Positions 14,575-64,000 of a stretch of DNA of 64,000 bases are shown here, one piece after another. A program made the position numbers and the translations under genes. The DNA comes from Tubiluchus corallicola (taxonomy: Eukaryota; Animalia; Priapulida). Where the stretch lies: assembly GCA_030141605.1 (NCBI GenBank), contig JAQGDQ010000280.1, forward strand, positions 57,510 through 121,509, written 5' to 3'. The notes under the pieces are model-generated. The model did not search any database, was not told where the DNA came from, and saw nothing but the letters and a program-made list of their open reading frames with translations. How positions within the stretch are numbered: the first letter of the stretch is position 1; the number at the start of each line of letters is the position of its first letter.

Positions 14575-14802
14575 TTTAGATTCAGTTATAAACATCTGCA
14601 CACAATTGAATATTTTAGTATAATTTGATTGTGTGTAGATCTTTATTATTGAATCAGTTGTAAACATCTGCACACAACCGAATATTTTTCAATAATTTGA
14701 TTGTGTGCAGATCTTTATTACTGAATCAACTGTAAACATCTGCACACAATTGAGTATTTTACAGTAATTTGATTGTGTGTAGATCTTTATAACTGAATGT
14801 AA
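14575..14802. repeat. 72-bp tandem repeat, about 3 copies
   Basis: aaacatctgcacacaa at 14590, 14662, 14734. Confidence 0.9.
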
Positions 14803-15012
14803 ACGCTTTAAATAATAATCAATGAGACATCTTAGTTGTATGTACGTGGGCAGCACTTTCCAAGCAATATTCTGCGTATAGCAGTAATGGACACCGCGAG
14901 CTTTTTTATACGCATAGCGTTCACGGATATATGGAAACAGCCAATGCGTATCACGCATTGCGGATAACGGATCACGCATCACACTTTACGCACACATAGT
15001 TCTTCCATAGGA

Positions 15013-29469
<14,457 letters not shown>

Positions 29470-30160
29470 TTCTCTTCAAATATCACAAATTTGCAGGAGG
29501 AAAAATGTTTATTTTCGTTGAATTTCTGCAGCACTAAGCTACGCTCACTTTATTCGTAATTGTAGCTTACGATACGAATAGCTTGTTAATTTTCCATGCA
29601 AATTTATCATCATACCAGTGGACTTCGGTCAGTGTCTTTATGATACAGACCTCTGATGTAGGATTTGAGGATGTACATAGAATGGCAAACATTAAGTGTG
29701 ACATCTAAGATGAACTTTACTAAATGTGTTTACAGAACTCTTACTGTAACATGTTTTTGCTGCACAAAATGTGTTGTCAAACTGCAGTGAAGGCATTAAT
29801 TGTTACGAAGTGTGTTAATTAATGCACGCGATTTTGACATTTTTGAACATAGCCTGTTTCCACATATATGTAAACATTGTTTATGTGTTTACACAGAAAC
29901 AATTGTAAACACACAATGTTTGTGTTTACATTCTCCATAACGTACGAAAATGTTTATCGATATATGAAAAATGTACAAAATGAAGCAACATTAAAATACA
30001 GTATGTAAAAAATAAGTGGGCGTTATGTTCAGTTAGAAACAGATAAAGCAGATATATTGGCTAAATACTGTACTTGTTTATTTTTAGTATTATTTTCACA
30101 CACTCAAATGGCACAATTTTGGTACAAATATTTGATTAAACAGCAATGGATACACAGTAA

Positions 30161-30310
30161 CTAATAATGAAAATCTTGAAATGAAAATAATGAACAATAA
30201 TGAACATCTGTAATGAAGTACCTTGAACACTGTACTAATAATGAAAATCTTGAAATGAAAATAATGAACAATAATGAACATCTGTAATGAAGTACCTTGA
30301 ACACTGTACT
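30161..30310. repeat. 74-bp tandem duplication
   Basis: ctaataatgaaaatcttgaa... at 30161 and 30235. Confidence 0.9.
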
Positions 30311-31688
30311 GAGATCTTCTCTAAACTGGAAAGCGTTACCGCCAATAGAAATTCTATTACTAATTTCTGTATTACTGATAGATTGTACGATTTTGTGTAT
30401 TAGAGAACAGCTTAATTTTAAAATGACGAAACATCGGCATGATGATGGTCTCACTGTCTCACGTTTCGTCAAGGCAACCTTGAAGAAGGAAAGCGTTTAG
30501 AGAGAAAAACCAGGCGGGTTGAATGGGAGAAAAGAGAATGGTGGTGATGGGAAAAGGGGAGCTTGATTTACTTTCACCTGGACAAGCTTTGCCTCTGCTA
30601 CAAAGTACGATTTCAAACTGCATAATTATGCTTCTGGACTACCATAGTTTAGAGGTGATATAAATCCGCGTGTATGTTAACGTACGTTTTATTATAGTTC
30701 AAGTTAATTAGCTACTTTTTGGTTTATAGGTGTTGTTGTATGCTGTTTTGCTAATATGCTGTTTTGATAATCATTTGCTAATTATCCATCGGGAAGCCAT
30801 TTAGGCTGGTTTGGTGTTCTGGGGGTGCTACGAGAAGTGCAAAAGCTTTTCCAAATATCCCAGTATGTATTCCAAATATTTCACACTTTGAAATACTTTC
30901 AAAATATTTTTCAAACATTTTCAAATATTATCCAATAATCCACTTTTCCAAAAAGTTACAGCAAACCACGACATGTGCTTAACAGAGTTGAATTTATTCA
31001 ACAATACAAAATGAATTTGCATGGCTAGACAAGCTGGAAAAGGACACGCCAGTTGCTTTACTGTTGTTGGGTACTTGTCAACATACTTCTGAAATACTTT
31101 TGGAAGCATTATCAATTATTCATAGCATTCACATTAAATTTTGGGACTTTAGCAAGCAAAAATATAACAAGGAAATTTGCAAAAAAGTATCAATAAAGCA
31201 TGTAGTTAACTTACACTATGGCTGTAGTGTATAAATATTTTCAAGCGCGGTGGTAGCCACGATTCATTTGAAAATTGTGACTCGAGTGATCGAGTTAATT
31301 GTTGGATTTCGTAACTTTTTGTAAGCACATCGTGGCTTTCCATAAGCGCGCATTGCACTTAAAACAATTCAAACTTCCGTGCCTCACTAAATTTTCGTGC
31401 AAAAATATCGCGAAATTAGTTACCTATTTTTTGCCTAAACTTATATACTTTTGACGAAAATTGACAGCATGCTGCTTTTCTTCAAAATGCATAAAATAAG
31501 TGCGACTTTAAAATGATTTTACTTATTAAATGAGATTCTTATTAAGTTATCGTACATTTATTACTAAACCTTTCAAATACTTTTCGCAAACAGTGAAATA
31601 AGCTTAACTTCCCAGAAGGTTGAGCCTTTCTTTTAAGCATTATGCATAAACACTAATAATGTACTTCAGTACTTCACCTTTTTACCAG

Positions 31689-32088
31689 TAGGGTCGATCA
31701 TTCTCAACAAGAATGCGAATTCGAATCGAACCGAATTTGTGACTTTCGATCGAACCGAATTTCGGTATTTCGAATTCAAATCGAATTCGAATTGAATTTG
31801 AAAGATTTTCGAGCAAGTTCTCTAACCACTAATAAAAAGTGGTCTTACAAAGATCATGCATAGTACTTGATTTTGTTCTGCAGTAAAACCACCATTAGTT
31901 TATCAAAAAAATTTGCACAGAAACTGCAGCAAAATTGTGTTATTTGCATGCCGTTTCAAACATTTCAGTCATAAAGAGCATATGTAGCTGAAGTGCTGAA
32001 TTACTCAAATCTATAAATTCAGGTTCGAATCGAATTCGAACTAAAAAAACTCGGTCAATCGAATTGGAACGTTCGATACTCATCCCTA
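31689..32088. mobile_element. hAT-like MITE
   Basis: TAGGG...CCCTA termini; 8-bp TSD tttaccag/ttaaccag with one mismatch; subterminal ttcgaa repeats. Confidence 0.75.
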
Positions 32089-32542
32089 TTAACCAGATAT
32101 CACCGGTTACCATACCACTGTTAGCGCCCATTCCCCGAGTCTCTTACCTTGCAAGTTTCATAACTCTAGGTTTTCTAGTTTTGGAGTTAGCAAGTTTTGA
32201 AAATTTCAGAAATAGCAGTAATAATAATAATACTTACAGGCGAATTTACCGACGGGTCGATAGAGTCTAAAATGATATCGTCAACTTAGCAAGCTTCCAC
32301 TCTTTAAACAGTGAACTGTTCCACGTGTTTGCTTACATGTGCTGTGGCGTAATTCATCGAAAATAAACCTCGCTAAATAAAATGCAAAGGGAACTTTTAG
32401 GAAAAGGTTTCTTATCACGTTGACGCAGTTTTCAAGATGAGGCGACTGTGTTTCATTTTTACTTGAAGACAGAAAAACAGATTTCATTGATTGTTGCGAA
32501 CAAATTAAAAACCAACGCAAGTGCGGCGATCTACGACGAGCT

Positions 32543-63397
<30,855 letters not shown>

Positions 63398-64000
63398 GTT
63401 TGTAAGCATATTAGATTATACTTACAGTGTTACAGAAAAATTGCTATACAGGAAATTAGAAATTCAACGTCTGTGTAAATAAATTTTCGTGACTTTTGTT
63501 CATTGTATGATAAAGTCAATCCAAAATAACGTTCTACAGTTTTATGTTCATGTTTTAGATAATTCTTCTTATTTAAAGGAGAAGTCAACTTTTTTGTTTG
63601 GCCTCTGAGTGTTGAAAACATCTTTCCGATTGGACAGTTATTTTACATTACCGTATTTTCCCATGTATAAGAGACCCCTTCAATTTTTAGGCAAAAATTC
63701 TGTAAACTCATTACTATGCTTCTTTAGACATGTTATTGATAAGCAGATATTACTAAAACTTAATGTAATTTACATGAAATATGTAATTCAGTTTTGAGTC
63801 TGCCATCCAAGCTCATTATTTCTGTCTTTTTTAATTTAATTAAATTTAATTAGCTTAAATTTAAAAAAATGCTTTTCGAAAAAAACAACTTTGTTTATTC
63901 CTTCCTTCTGTTGTTACTTTGTAAAAAATCTTTTTCGTTATAATAATTTGAGAACAGCTTATTGTTTTTTATGTTTTGTGGTTGTTAAGTGAACTTTAAC

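Overview
AT-rich, intron-rich animal genomic DNA, probably an aquatic invertebrate (species not identifiable from the sequence). Three spliced genes were reconstructed by hand with consistent splice phases. (1) A signal peptide-WSC-WSC-EGF gene on the minus strand, running from 13101 off the left edge. (2) A complete 14-exon, 628-aa SLC6/NSS amino-acid-type transporter on the minus strand (15013-29469). (3) Coronin-7 on the plus strand, with 16 exons from 32543 running off the right edge. The main find is inside coronin-7 intron 6. Two ORF-track entries (45282-45791 and 45885-46229) are one intronless 315-codon frame interrupted only by two in-frame TGAs forming a U-N-P-U motif. A canonical eukaryotic SECIS hairpin follows in the 3' UTR. 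This is a nested, same-strand selenoprotein L-type (two-Sec, diselenide) gene that standard ORF calling splits. Also present are tandem arrays built from splice junctions, a minimal Penelope-type hammerhead ribozyme, a ~250-bp-arm inverted repeat, a decayed LINE, two related LTR-like elements, many MITEs and satellites. Most other ORFs in the track are repeat artefacts. All assignments come from reading the sequence and recalled family motifs; no searches were run.
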